From an uncultured Bacillota bacterium (GTDB taxonomy: Bacteria; Bacillota_I; Bacilli_A; RF39; UBA660), in contig CANSAJ010000002.1 of assembly GCA_947644695.1 (NCBI GenBank), positions 3,219-67,218 of the forward strand: 64,000 bases of DNA, written 5' to 3'. This document shows positions 20,447-30,057 of this stretch, piece by piece. The position numbers and the translations under genes are program-made. The notes below the pieces were generated by a model. The model saw only the letters and a list, made by a program, of their open reading frames with translations, searched no databases and was not told the DNA's origin. How positions within the stretch are numbered: position 1 is the first letter of the stretch; the number at the start of each line of letters is the position of its first letter.

Positions 20447-20795
20447 TGATATTTTATTTAAGTTGTCAAATTCTAAGTTTAGATGTAGGTTTCATTTAAA
20501 AGATAGAGACTTGTTGTATGTTAAAGATAAAGGTCTTGATGTTATAGAAGAACATGCTTATAATTTTATTACTAAGAGATTAGCGCCTATGTCTATTTTA
20601 AATGATGGAAAACAGACTCCATATAAAGGTCATCCTGTTTTTATTGCGCAGCATGCTACAGGGACTTGTTGTAGAGAGTGTTTGTATAAATGGCATCATT
20701 TAGATAAGAATAAAGAGTTAAATGATGAAGAAATTAAGTATATTGTTAGTGTGATTATGGCTTATATTATTCGTGAGTTAGAAAGTAGGGAGTAG
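20394..20795 (+). CDS. Hypothetical Cys/His-rich protein (…HATGTCCRECLYKWHHL…)
   Basis: ORF overlapping the previous one. Alternative GTG start at 20430. Possible metal-binding CCxxC...H motif. Family not assigned. Confidence 0.3.
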   Translation: MLICLVFIDYLKVQKDINDILFKLSNSKFRCRFHLKDRDLLYVKDKGLDVIEEHAYNFITKRLAPMSILNDGKQTPYKGHPVFIAQHATGTCCRECLYKWHHLDKNKELNDEEIKYIVSVIMAYIIRELESRE

Positions 20796-20799
20796 TTTT

Positions 20800-21045
20800 A
20801 TGGATTGGGGAGTAGTTTTGGATAGGCTTTGTGAAGAGTCTATAAGTTTGCAAGAGTGGAATATATATTATAAGATGTATAGATTATTTGGAAAAGATTT
20901 GGAAAGTGAATTTAGAAGAAGAGTTGTTTCTAGATTGATAGATATTAATATAGATTGTTCACGTATGTCTTATGACGAAGAATTTGTTCATATGTTAAAG
21001 TGGGAGCTTAGAAGTGAGTTAAGAAGTTATCAACTTAAAAGCTAG
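20800..21045 (+). CDS. Small hypothetical protein (81 aa)
   Basis: ORF only. Confidence 0.2.
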   Translation: MDWGVVLDRLCEESISLQEWNIYYKMYRLFGKDLESEFRRRVVSRLIDINIDCSRMSYDEEFVHMLKWELRSELRSYQLKS

Positions 21046-21856
21046 ATATTATTTTATTAATTATATTACATAATAGAAGTATGATAAGTAGTATAAATAT
21101 ATTTAGAAAATTATTTGATGATATGATATTTAAGTTTATAAAGTAAGATATTGTAAGATTTATACTAAGTTCTAAAGGTATTAAAAGAAGAATAGCAAGA
21201 TTAATTGTTAGGCTTCTTTTTTTTCTATATACATGTTTAAATAGTAAGTAAATAATCCATATATATGTGAGTGAAAGTATTGAAGTAATGCTTCCTATTT
21301 TTAGAATTAATGTATTTTCTATTATTTGTGATAATGACCATAAAAATGGAATTAGAAATATTGTGAGTTTTAGTAAAACTGTTTTTATATAATTCTTATT
21401 ATTAGTAAATGGAATTATTATAATCCAAGAGAATACTATTGATGTGAGTACAATTAAAGACCATGAAAATGTATTGTTTATTAAATAGTCACATAGAAGA
21501 CATATAAATATTGCTATTGTAAAAATGGTTGTGATTATTGTTTTAATTAGTTTTATTGTTTTGTTTAGTTTATCTTTATTTTCTTTTGTATGAAATGTAA
21601 GTAGTTCATTTATTGTGTTTTTTAAATTTAGTAGTTCTTGTTTGTTCATTCTTCTTCCATTTAGAAGTTCTGTAACAGTTATTCCTAATTCTTTAGATAT
21701 TGTTTGAAGTAGAGATAAGTCAGGCATTGTTACTCCGTTTTCCCATCTTGATATTGTTTTGTTATTAACAGATAATATGCATGCTAATTCTTCTTGTGTT
21801 AATCCTTTTTCTTTTCTTAGCTGTGCGATAAAAATTCCTATATTTTTTTGATTCAT
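21035..21856 (-). CDS. XRE-family HTH transcriptional regulator fused to a polytopic membrane domain
   Basis: N-terminal Cro/C1-type HTH (IAQLRKEKGLTQEELACILSVNNKTISRWENG), followed by at least 5 hydrophobic helices. Start moved to MNQKNIG. Confidence 0.55.
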   Translation of the reverse strand: MNQKNIGIFIAQLRKEKGLTQEELACILSVNNKTISRWENGVTMPDLSLLQTISKELGITVTELLNGRRMNKQELLNLKNTINELLTFHTKENKDKLNKTIKLIKTIITTIFTIAIFICLLCDYLINNTFSWSLIVLTSIVFSWIIIIPFTNNKNYIKTVLLKLTIFLIPFLWSLSQIIENTLILKIGSITSILSLTYIWIIYLLFKHVYRKKRSLTINLAILLLIPLELSINLTISYFINLNIISSNNFLNIFILLIILLLCNIINKIISSF

Positions 21857-22284
21857 AGTGATTCCTTTCTTTTTGATCATTATACTTTAATTTTAGATTT
21901 TTAAACAGGACAGAAAGTAAGAATTTTAAATTTTTAAATAATTTTAATGAAATAGTTTTTTTGTTTTTTCTAATGTCAAAAAAAGAAGAAAAAAGTGTAA
22001 GAATATAAATGTTTTTAAAGTTAGATTTCCAGGGCATTTGTACTATTTTTTGCATTGATAAAAAAGTGAAAAAATGTAAAATTTTGAAAATATTGTTTTT
22101 CTTAAAAATTAAAAAAATCGAAAAAATTTGAAAAATTCTTTTTCTTTTGGATTCTTATTTTTTGCCTAAAATATGCCAAAAAATTGATGGTAGATAATTA
22201 AATACATATTTGTGAAAAATGTAAAAAAATTAAAAATGTAAAAAAATGGTTTTGTAAAAAAATGAAAAAAGTTAAAAAATATAT

Positions 22285-22313
22285 TGACTATGAAATGTTA
22301 AAATATTAAAATG
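22285..22313 (+). promoter_or_regulatory. Candidate sigma-A promoter for nrdD (TTGACT-17-TAAAAT)
   Basis: ttgactatgaaatgttaaaatattaaaat about 40 nt upstream of the nrdD RBS. Lies in a 467-bp AT-rich leader with tandem (a)aaatgtaaaaaaat repeats. Confidence 0.35.
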
Positions 22314-22347
22314 AAAACATAGATAAAAAATATGGAGGATGTAGTAA

Positions 22348-24666
22348 ATGGTAGATGCATTAGAAAAGGTTTCTTCTTTAACTGTTGTTAAGAGGAATGG
22401 AAAAAAAGTAGAATTCGATGGTAGTAAAATAGCTATTGCCATTAAAAAAGGTTTTGATGGTATTAAGTTACAAGATGGTGATGAAGAGAAAAGAGTTTAT
22501 ACAGAAAAAGATATTCAGGTTGTATATAAAGAAGTAATTTCTAGAATAGGTAAAGATTATAAGGATAACGATAAAATTAAAATTGAACAAATACAAGATT
22601 TAATAGAAGAGTCTTTATTAAAAAAAGGATATGAAGATGTATGTAAACATTTCTCAGAATATAGAGAACGTAGAGCTCAATCTAGAATGTTATTTTCTGA
22701 AGAGAAGAAGTTACATAAGTTTTTAAAGACAATTGAAGGTTTAGGTCTTAAGTCTGCTAATGAGGATAATAATAAAAGAGAGAATGCTAATGTAGATGGA
22801 GATACTGCAATGGGAACTATGTTACAGTATGGTTCAACAGTTTCAAAGGAATTTGCTAAGGCTTATTTGATGAAAAGTAGGTTTAGTGAAGCTCATGATA
22901 ATGGGGGAATACATATTCATGATATGGATTTTCTTCCAATGGGAACAACTACATGTATGCAGATAGAATTAGATAAGTTATTTAAAGATGGTTTTTCTAC
23001 TGGACATGGACATTTAAGAGAGCCTCAGGATATTATCAGTTATTCTGCTTTGGCAGCTATAGCTGTTCAATCAAATCAAAATGATCAACATGGTGGTCAA
23101 AGTATTCCTGCATTTGATTACTATATGGCACCTGGAGTGTTAAAGACATTTAAAAAACAATTTAAGCAACAGATTTATGATTTATTAGATTATAATGATA
23201 TGCTTGGTTTTATAAATATGGATAAGCTTAGTAAAGATATAGATAAGTTAAATTCTATAGAGTTTGATATTGCTATGTTTGATTCATATTGTAAAGAGAG
23301 TGAATTATTAAAGCAAGGATTTTCAAAGTCTTATGAGAAAGCACTTCTTAAAACTGATCGTTCTACTTTTCAGGCAATGGAAGCATTTGTTCATAATTTG
23401 AATACCATGCATTCTAGAGCAGGAGCTCAGGTTCCATTTTCATCTGTTAATTTTGGAACAGATGTAAGCCCTGAAGGAAGGATGGTTTCTAAAAACTTTT
23501 TACTAGCTTTAGATGAAGGGTTAGGAAAGGGAGAGACTCCCATATTCCCAGTTTCAATTTTTAAGGTAAAGGAAGGAGTTAACTATAATAAGGAAGATAT
23601 AAATTATGATTTGTTTAAATTATCTTGTAAAGTTTCTGCTAAAAGATTATTTCCGAATTTTTCATTTATAGATGCACCTTTTAATTTACAGTATTATAAA
23701 CCTGGAGATGTTAGAACTGAAGTTGGATATATGGGATGTAGAACTCGTGTTATGGCTGATGTTACTGATAGAGATAATGAAACTACTGGGGGACGTGGAA
23801 ATTTATCATTTACTTCAATTAATTTACCTAGAATAGCTATTAAACATGGTATTTGTTTAAAAGAGAGAGATAAAGCTGATATGAAAGGTTTTTATGAAGA
23901 ACTTGCTGAGATGATGGATTTAGTAAGAGATCAGTTATTAGAAAGATTTGAATATCAATGTAGTAAGCATTCATATAATTTTCCATTTTTGATTCAACAA
24001 GGTCTTTGGACTAATGGAGAGAAGTTAGGTCCTAATGATAGACTTAGAAAGCTTTTAAAGCATGGAACATTAACTACTGGGTTTATTGGACTTGCTGAAA
24101 GTTTAAAAGCATTAATTGGTAAGCATCATGGAGAAAGTGAAGAAGCACAAAAACTAGGACTTGAGATAATTAAGTTTATGAAGGATAGGTGTGATGAGTA
24201 TTGTAAAGAATATAATCTTAACTTTACTTTAATAGCAACGCCAGCCGAAGGATTAAGTGGAAGATTTGTTAATATAGATAAAGCTATTTATGGAGATATA
24301 AAAGGTATTACAGATAGAGAATTTTATACTAATTCATTCCATATTCCAGTTTATTATAATATAAGTATTAAAAATAAATTAGCTTTAGAGGCTCCATATC
24401 ATGCTTTGACAAATGGTGGTCATATTTCATATATTGAATTAGATGGAGATACTGTTAATAATGTTGAGGCTTTTGAAAGTGTTATTCGTATGATGAAGGA
24501 GTTTGGTATAGGGTATGGTGCAGTTAACCATCCTGTAGATAGAGATCCTGTATGCGGGTATATAGGAGTTATAAATGATGTTTGTCCTGGATGTGGAAGA
24601 CGAGAGTTTGAAGGTGTGCCTATTGAGCACTTAAATAATATTTGTTCATGTTGTAATGAAGAATAG
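22348..24666 (+). CDS. nrdD: Anaerobic ribonucleoside-triphosphate reductase large protein (class III RNR). It ends right after the Zn-ribbon cysteines and lacks the glycyl-radical motif.
   Basis: N-terminal ATP-cone (VVKRNGKKVEFDGSKIAIAIKKGF). Class III RNR body. C-terminal CGYIGVINDVCPGCG...CSCC Zn-binding cluster, then stop after NEE. Confidence 0.8.
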   Translation: MVDALEKVSSLTVVKRNGKKVEFDGSKIAIAIKKGFDGIKLQDGDEEKRVYTEKDIQVVYKEVISRIGKDYKDNDKIKIEQIQDLIEESLLKKGYEDVCKHFSEYRERRAQSRMLFSEEKKLHKFLKTIEGLGLKSANEDNNKRENANVDGDTAMGTMLQYGSTVSKEFAKAYLMKSRFSEAHDNGGIHIHDMDFLPMGTTTCMQIELDKLFKDGFSTGHGHLREPQDIISYSALAAIAVQSNQNDQHGGQSIPAFDYYMAPGVLKTFKKQFKQQIYDLLDYNDMLGFINMDKLSKDIDKLNSIEFDIAMFDSYCKESELLKQGFSKSYEKALLKTDRSTFQAMEAFVHNLNTMHSRAGAQVPFSSVNFGTDVSPEGRMVSKNFLLALDEGLGKGETPIFPVSIFKVKEGVNYNKEDINYDLFKLSCKVSAKRLFPNFSFIDAPFNLQYYKPGDVRTEVGYMGCRTRVMADVTDRDNETTGGRGNLSFTSINLPRIAIKHGICLKERDKADMKGFYEELAEMMDLVRDQLLERFEYQCSKHSYNFPFLIQQGLWTNGEKLGPNDRLRKLLKHGTLTTGFIGLAESLKALIGKHHGESEEAQKLGLEIIKFMKDRCDEYCKEYNLNFTLIATPAEGLSGRFVNIDKAIYGDIKGITDREFYTNSFHIPVYYNISIKNKLALEAPYHALTNGGHISYIELDGDTVNNVEAFESVIRMMKEFGIGYGAVNHPVDRDPVCGYIGVINDVCPGCGRREFEGVPIEHLNNICSCCNEE

Positions 24667-24692
24667 ATTAAAGAAAGAAGGAGATGTATATT

Positions 24693-24863
24693 ATGAAAAA
24701 AACAGTTGGTGAAGGGGAAAAATTTGAAAGGATTAGAAGAGTAACAGGTTATTTAGCTGGTAATGTGTGTCACTTTAATAATGCAAAACGTAAAGAAGAA
24801 GCAGCACGTGTAAAACATAGTGGTATTAAAGAAGTAATAGCTGAAGAGAAGTGTGCTGCATAA
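24693..24863 (+). CDS. Stand-alone 56-aa glycyl-radical module matching the class III RNR C-terminal motif
   Basis: Own RBS (aaggagatg). The encoded ...FERIRRVTGYLAGNVCHFNNAKRKEEAARVKH matches the NrdD C-terminal consensus RVCGYLG....FN.GK..E...RV.H. It is in a different frame from nrdD and separated by a TAG plus 26 nt. Confidence 0.5.
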   Translation: MKKTVGEGEKFERIRRVTGYLAGNVCHFNNAKRKEEAARVKHSGIKEVIAEEKCAA

Positions 24864-25423
24864 TGAAGATTAGGCTGGCAGCTTATTTACAACCAGATAG
24901 TATTGTTGATGGAGAAGGTATTAGGACTGTTATTTGGACTCAGGGATGTCCTCATAATTGTCCTCTTTGCCAAAATCCAGACACTCATGATTATAATGGT
25001 GGAGAGTTAGTTGATTTAGAAGATGTCTATATTGCTATTGATGAGCTTGAAGGTCAGGATGGTATCACTTTTTCAGGAGGAGATCCTTTTGTTCAGTCTA
25101 AAGAGTGTGCGGAGATTGCAAAGTATGTAAGAAGAAAAGGATATAATATATGGGCATATACTGGATTTACTTATGAACAAATAATTAATCTTTCTAAAAA
25201 ATTTCCAGAATATATGGATTTTTTGAAAGAGATTGATGTTTTAGTTGATGGTAAGTTTGAAATGAGTAAGAGAAGCTTTGATTGTGTTTTTAGAGGATCA
25301 TATAATCAGAGAATTATAGATGTTCAGATGAGTCTTAAATCAGGACATGTAGTTACTGTAAATAAATATGATGTTAAAGAAAACGTTAATTATAGAAGTC
25401 ATGCAGTAGGTATATATATTTAA
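24863..25423 (+). CDS. nrdG: Anaerobic RNR activating protein (radical SAM activase)
   Basis: CPHNCPLC CxxxCxxC motif near the N-terminus. Glycine-rich SAM motif FSGGDP. About 186 aa. Start overlaps the stop of the small ORF (TAATG). Confidence 0.75.
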   Translation: MKIRLAAYLQPDSIVDGEGIRTVIWTQGCPHNCPLCQNPDTHDYNGGELVDLEDVYIAIDELEGQDGITFSGGDPFVQSKECAEIAKYVRRKGYNIWAYTGFTYEQIINLSKKFPEYMDFLKEIDVLVDGKFEMSKRSFDCVFRGSYNQRIIDVQMSLKSGHVVTVNKYDVKENVNYRSHAVGIYI

Positions 25424-25449
25424 ATAAAAAAAATAAGTAATTTTAAGTT

Positions 25450-28323
25450 TTACTTATTTTTTTGTGTTATTTGAGATTTTCCCATTATGTGATTTTTTAT
25501 TTGAACATAGTCTGTAGCATATATTTTTCCATCATTATTAATGTCTGCGGCTTTTAAGTAGGCTCCTGTTAGAGTAGATTTTCCCATTATATGATTTTTA
25601 ACTTTAACATAATCTGTCGCATATATAAGACCGTCTCCATTAACGTCTCCTTTAATTATAACAGTGTAAGTGTATTCTACTTTATCTAATTCTATTGTGA
25701 ATTTCATTCCAGTTCCAATTAAAGCATCATTTATTTCATTATTTTGAGAATCCTTGAAGCTTTTAAATGTGACTCCATTAATACTTGATATTGTGTTTTT
25801 AATATTTTTTATGTTATCTCCTAAAGTAAATCCTACTAAATAGTTTCCTTTTTTTGTTAGTCCTAAATAGTTTATTAATTCATTTTCTGTCATAGTACCA
25901 TTTAGTTCTTTTACTGTAACTTCAGTAATAAATTCCATAGGTTTATTACCTATAATTATATTTATGTATACTTTAGATGTTCCTTTTTGCAGTCCTACTA
26001 ATTTATCATTCTCATATTTTACAATATTATCTTTTTCTACTGTAACGTTATAAGTAAGATTAGTTGTTGGGCTAGTTGTTATTTCAATGTTATTTTTTGA
26101 ATTAACAAATATTTCCATAGTTTTAGGTACAGATATACTTGTTATGCCTTTTGATAAAGAGTTAGCATCTAAAGCTGTTAGATTATGGAAGAAAGAATAA
26201 CCACCAGATCCATTAAGGCTTGGATTATTATTTTTGTCATAATATACGTTTTCTGGTATTTTGTAAGTATTGTCACTTATTGATTGAAGGCCTATAAATC
26301 CGCCTAGGTTAGTATTACCGTTAACTATATTAGATGCAAAAGAATTTTTAATAGTTGCATTTTGGTTTATTCCTATAAATCCACCCACATTTTTTTCTGC
26401 GGTTACATTTAATGTAGTGGAAGAATTTGTGATAGTTACATCACTAGAAACATTTCCTATAAATCCTCCAGTAGACGCTGAATCATGTTTCATTTGTCCA
26501 TCATTTGTAACTGAACCATTTCTTAAATGAACATTATTAATAATCATGTTTTCTGCGACTGAGGCTAGAGCTCCTAGATAATCTCCCTTATTAGAATAAA
26601 CTGTAATATTTTCTATGTTTAAGTTTTCTATTTTAGTTTGTTTTTCATAGTTACCAATAAAATTAAATAATCCTGAACCATTTGTAGTTACATTTCTTAT
26701 TGTTTTGTTGTTACCATCTAAACTTCCTTCAAAGTTGATAATTGGATATGTTATATTTGTGAAATCTAAATCGCTTGTTAATTTATAGTATTTATTTTTA
26801 GTATTAGTACTCATATGATATAAGAATGATGTAGTATCTTTTATTAGATATGGATTATTTGCGGAACCATCTCCATCAAATTCTGGAAATCTAACATTAA
26901 ATGTTATAGAATTGTTAGTTTCACCAGTTACTTCTATAGTTATACCAGAGTTAGTACCATCAGAAAAATATATTGATTTACTATCGAAGTTTGTGTTATT
27001 TAAATCTAATTCAACTCCATATGTTTTTCTGTTCATATTTAATGTAGCTTCTGCGAGTTTTCCAGCTGAATCTCCTAATCCAGTTTCTCCTGGTCTAAAT
27101 ATATAAATATGTTCATTTTTTCCTTGATTACTTCCGTCTCCGTTACCATTATATTTGTTATTTTCATTTACTCTATAGATAATTATACCGCTTGAGTCAG
27201 CACGGTGACTATCATATGTGTTTAATCTGTCATAGTATTCTATCATGAAAAATTCTTTATTGTTTCCACCTAAATCTACTTTGATTGCTCTTTGTTCATT
27301 TGGGTCTTTAAATTCAGGTTTGTAAAGAGTTATGTTTTCAGTGGACTTAGTTATTACTGGAACTTTATTATGCCAATTCATGTTAGGACTAAATTCACTT
27401 ATAAAATAAGTTAAAAAACTTTGTGGATTAGAACCTATTACATTACCCATTACATCAAAGAAACCGACTGAAGAAGCAGAACTACCGTATCTATATAAAT
27501 CTCTATATCCAAGAACATGACCATATTCATGAATCATAGTACCATAGTCTCCACGATTAAGTGAGAATGTTCCTGCGACGTCATTATAATCTCTAGCATA
27601 AATAATTGTGTAAGCGTTTATATTTTTACCTGATATATTTTTTGAAATTCCTGTATTTGATGATTCATGTGACCAAAGTAAGTCTCCCCAAGCGGGCCCT
27701 AATGTAGTATGACTAGCTTCTACTATAAATGTTATAGAATCTATATCTCCGTTTCCATCTACATCTAGTTCACTTCCTGTATATCCACTCTCAACTTGAC
27801 TCTTTATGTAGTCAATAGCACCTTCTAATAATTCTTTTTCTCTTTTATTACTTTCAGTTTTATCTTTATAACCTATAAGATTTTGGTCACTATATTTTAA
27901 ATAATATCCTATAGGATTAGGTGCTACATAAGAGACAACTTCTCCATTTGTTTTTGGAAATATTTCAGTTGTTATTAATAATTTCCCGTAACTTTCTCTT
28001 TCATAGTATTTTTTAAATGATGGAACTTTTATTATTCCATTTACACTATTCATATCAAATAAGTCATCACTATTAAATATTATATTAGCGTTTTCTACAC
28101 TTTGTTTATCATCTAGATGAACAGTTCCTGTTGTTTCACTATCTGCGAATTCTATAAATACTGCGATATTTTTTATATTTTTAGTGGAAGATGCTTTATT
28201 TAAAGCAAGTATATTTTTATTTACATTTGTTTCTATTGTTTTTACATCATAAACTACAGTACTCGATAAAATTAGTAATGTACATATAAAAAGAGAAACT
28301 AGTAATTTAGTTAGTTTTTTCAT
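25450..28323 (-). CDS. Secreted M6 (InhA-like) zinc metalloprotease with beta-helix/GLUG-like repeats, Big_2-like region and a C-terminal type-I dockerin
   Basis: Signal peptide MKKLTKLLVSLFICTLLILSS. HExxH (MIHEYGHVLGY). Repeated NVGGFIG/NLGGFIG motifs. C-terminal duplicated Ca-binding segments DVNGDGLIYATD...DINNDGKIYATD, a classic dockerin. Confidence 0.6.
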   Translation of the reverse strand: MKKLTKLLVSLFICTLLILSSTVVYDVKTIETNVNKNILALNKASSTKNIKNIAVFIEFADSETTGTVHLDDKQSVENANIIFNSDDLFDMNSVNGIIKVPSFKKYYERESYGKLLITTEIFPKTNGEVVSYVAPNPIGYYLKYSDQNLIGYKDKTESNKREKELLEGAIDYIKSQVESGYTGSELDVDGNGDIDSITFIVEASHTTLGPAWGDLLWSHESSNTGISKNISGKNINAYTIIYARDYNDVAGTFSLNRGDYGTMIHEYGHVLGYRDLYRYGSSASSVGFFDVMGNVIGSNPQSFLTYFISEFSPNMNWHNKVPVITKSTENITLYKPEFKDPNEQRAIKVDLGGNNKEFFMIEYYDRLNTYDSHRADSSGIIIYRVNENNKYNGNGDGSNQGKNEHIYIFRPGETGLGDSAGKLAEATLNMNRKTYGVELDLNNTNFDSKSIYFSDGTNSGITIEVTGETNNSITFNVRFPEFDGDGSANNPYLIKDTTSFLYHMSTNTKNKYYKLTSDLDFTNITYPIINFEGSLDGNNKTIRNVTTNGSGLFNFIGNYEKQTKIENLNIENITVYSNKGDYLGALASVAENMIINNVHLRNGSVTNDGQMKHDSASTGGFIGNVSSDVTITNSSTTLNVTAEKNVGGFIGINQNATIKNSFASNIVNGNTNLGGFIGLQSISDNTYKIPENVYYDKNNNPSLNGSGGYSFFHNLTALDANSLSKGITSISVPKTMEIFVNSKNNIEITTSPTTNLTYNVTVEKDNIVKYENDKLVGLQKGTSKVYINIIIGNKPMEFITEVTVKELNGTMTENELINYLGLTKKGNYLVGFTLGDNIKNIKNTISSINGVTFKSFKDSQNNEINDALIGTGMKFTIELDKVEYTYTVIIKGDVNGDGLIYATDYVKVKNHIMGKSTLTGAYLKAADINNDGKIYATDYVQIKNHIMGKSQITQKNK

Positions 28324-29683
28324 TCTTTTTACCTCTCTTTTTAATTTTTTTATCTTCTATATTATTTGATTCTTCTTGTATTTCTGTATTACTTAAAACT
28401 TCATTTGTTTCTATTATTTCATTCTTTTCTTTTTTATCTTTTTTTAGTTTTATAATTAAATATATAATTATAGTTAAAGGTATTAACATTAATCCTATAC
28501 ATATATAAATTATCATATTAATATTTAATTTATTTTTCTTTTCTTTTAATAAAAAGTCTGGGAAAAGTTGTATAGTATTTTCACTTGTTTCATATAAGTA
28601 TTCTCTGTTTTTTCCTTCATTATTTATAGCGTTTAATACACAATAATTATTATTTTCTTTAAATTCATAACACTTAACTTCTGTTTCATTTATTTTAATT
28701 GTTTTTAAGATTACACCATTTCTTTCTGACTCTTTATCTATAATATAGATTATGTGATTATTTATGTTTAGTGGTGTGAATTTGTTTAGTATTTCATTCT
28801 TTTCTTTATTAAATAAGTAAAAACTTTTTTCCTTCTTTTCATTTAATCCATATATTAGTGTTAAGTGTTCGCTTGTAAAAATAGATATAGTTTTATCATT
28901 TAGAGTATAATCTTCTTTTGTAAAGTTTTCTGGGATATTAACTCCTTCGTAGTTTCTTACTATTCCTATTTTTTCTTTATTATAATCAAGATATACTTCT
29001 GGTGTTTCATCTACATATGCATTTATTTTATATATTTTTTCATTGCCGTTTTCTGCGATTACTTTAATTTCAATAAAGTTATTTCCAGGTTTTAAGTCTT
29101 TTTCTCCAGTACCTTCAACTATAGCTTTTGAATCTTCTGTTTCAGCGTTTATGTTAATTTTAGTAATGTCAGCATTTAAATTAATTTTGTATTCTAAAGT
29201 ATCTTTATTAAATGATGGGTTCAATTCTCCGTTGTTAATTGTTATATTTTTTAAATTGTTATTTTCTGATTTTTTTATACTTGGTATAGTAGGTCTATTT
29301 CCATTATTATTAGAACTTCCTGATGAGGAATTAGAAGATATATTAACTGATACAGTTCTAGATCCAGGATTATATAGATTAGCGTCAGCATCAGAGAACC
29401 CTGTTACAGGTGTTGCAGTTATAGTAACAACTCCGCTAGATCCAGCAGTTACATTTACTGTTATGTATTGTTGTTCTACCCATACACTACTAGTAGATAA
29501 AGTTCCATTTGAAATAGTTAGGTCAACTCTTCCAATGCAATCCCCACCTAAATTTATTGTGAAACTGCCATTTGGTGAAACATTATATGTAGAAGAGGAT
29601 AGATTAAATGATGCTGCATTTAATTTTAAAAATGATATGCAAAATATAAATATGCTAAATAATATTAGTTTACTTTTTTTCAT
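28307..29683 (-). CDS. Secreted cadherin-like-domain protein with C-terminal TM anchor and Lys-rich cytoplasmic tail
   Basis: Signal peptide. NNLKNITINNGELNPSFNKDTLEYKIN matches the cadherin-like beta-sandwich (PF12733-type) consensus. TM MIIYICIGLMLIPLTIIIYLII. Overlaps the downstream metalloprotease gene by 17 nt, so an operon. Confidence 0.45.
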   Translation of the reverse strand: MKKSKLILFSIFIFCISFLKLNAASFNLSSSTYNVSPNGSFTINLGGDCIGRVDLTISNGTLSTSSVWVEQQYITVNVTAGSSGVVTITATPVTGFSDADANLYNPGSRTVSVNISSNSSSGSSNNNGNRPTIPSIKKSENNNLKNITINNGELNPSFNKDTLEYKINLNADITKININAETEDSKAIVEGTGEKDLKPGNNFIEIKVIAENGNEKIYKINAYVDETPEVYLDYNKEKIGIVRNYEGVNIPENFTKEDYTLNDKTISIFTSEHLTLIYGLNEKKEKSFYLFNKEKNEILNKFTPLNINNHIIYIIDKESERNGVILKTIKINETEVKCYEFKENNNYCVLNAINNEGKNREYLYETSENTIQLFPDFLLKEKKNKLNINMIIYICIGLMLIPLTIIIYLIIKLKKDKKEKNEIIETNEVLSNTEIQEESNNIEDKKIKKRGKKNEKTN

Positions 29684-30057
29684 AAAAAAAATTCACTCCT
29701 TAAATTTTTTTTATTATATCATATTGTATGAAAAATTTATATAAAAAGATGATGGAAACATTTGTTATATTGTTCAATTTGTGTTGATAGTTTTATTCCT
29801 TTATTTATCATTACAGTTAGCGCTTGTAAATAAGACCTAAATTTATTTTGTTAAATAAAATATGTATCAAAATCAAAATTATATTACTAACTTAGCAATA
29901 GCATAATTTGTTCGAAAAATCGTGTCTAAAAACTTGACATAAATCCATTTAACTTTGATGTATATATCGCTTTGTGCTCCAATTGAGAACTTCTATTTTA
30001 CTAAATGATGTAGAGTATTAAATATAAACGGATTACTCAAAATTAGAGTAGTTCATA

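Noticed and set aside
22061-22340. Short tandem repeats upstream of nrdD as a CRISPR array
   Set aside because: Repeats are about 16 bp, A-rich, irregularly spaced and have no unique spacers of constant length. No cas genes are present.
29043-29744. 233-aa plus-strand ORF
   Set aside because: Antisense to the signal-peptide-bearing cadherin-like gene 28307..29683. No RBS. Hydrophobic mirror-image translation typical of antisense AT-rich DNA.
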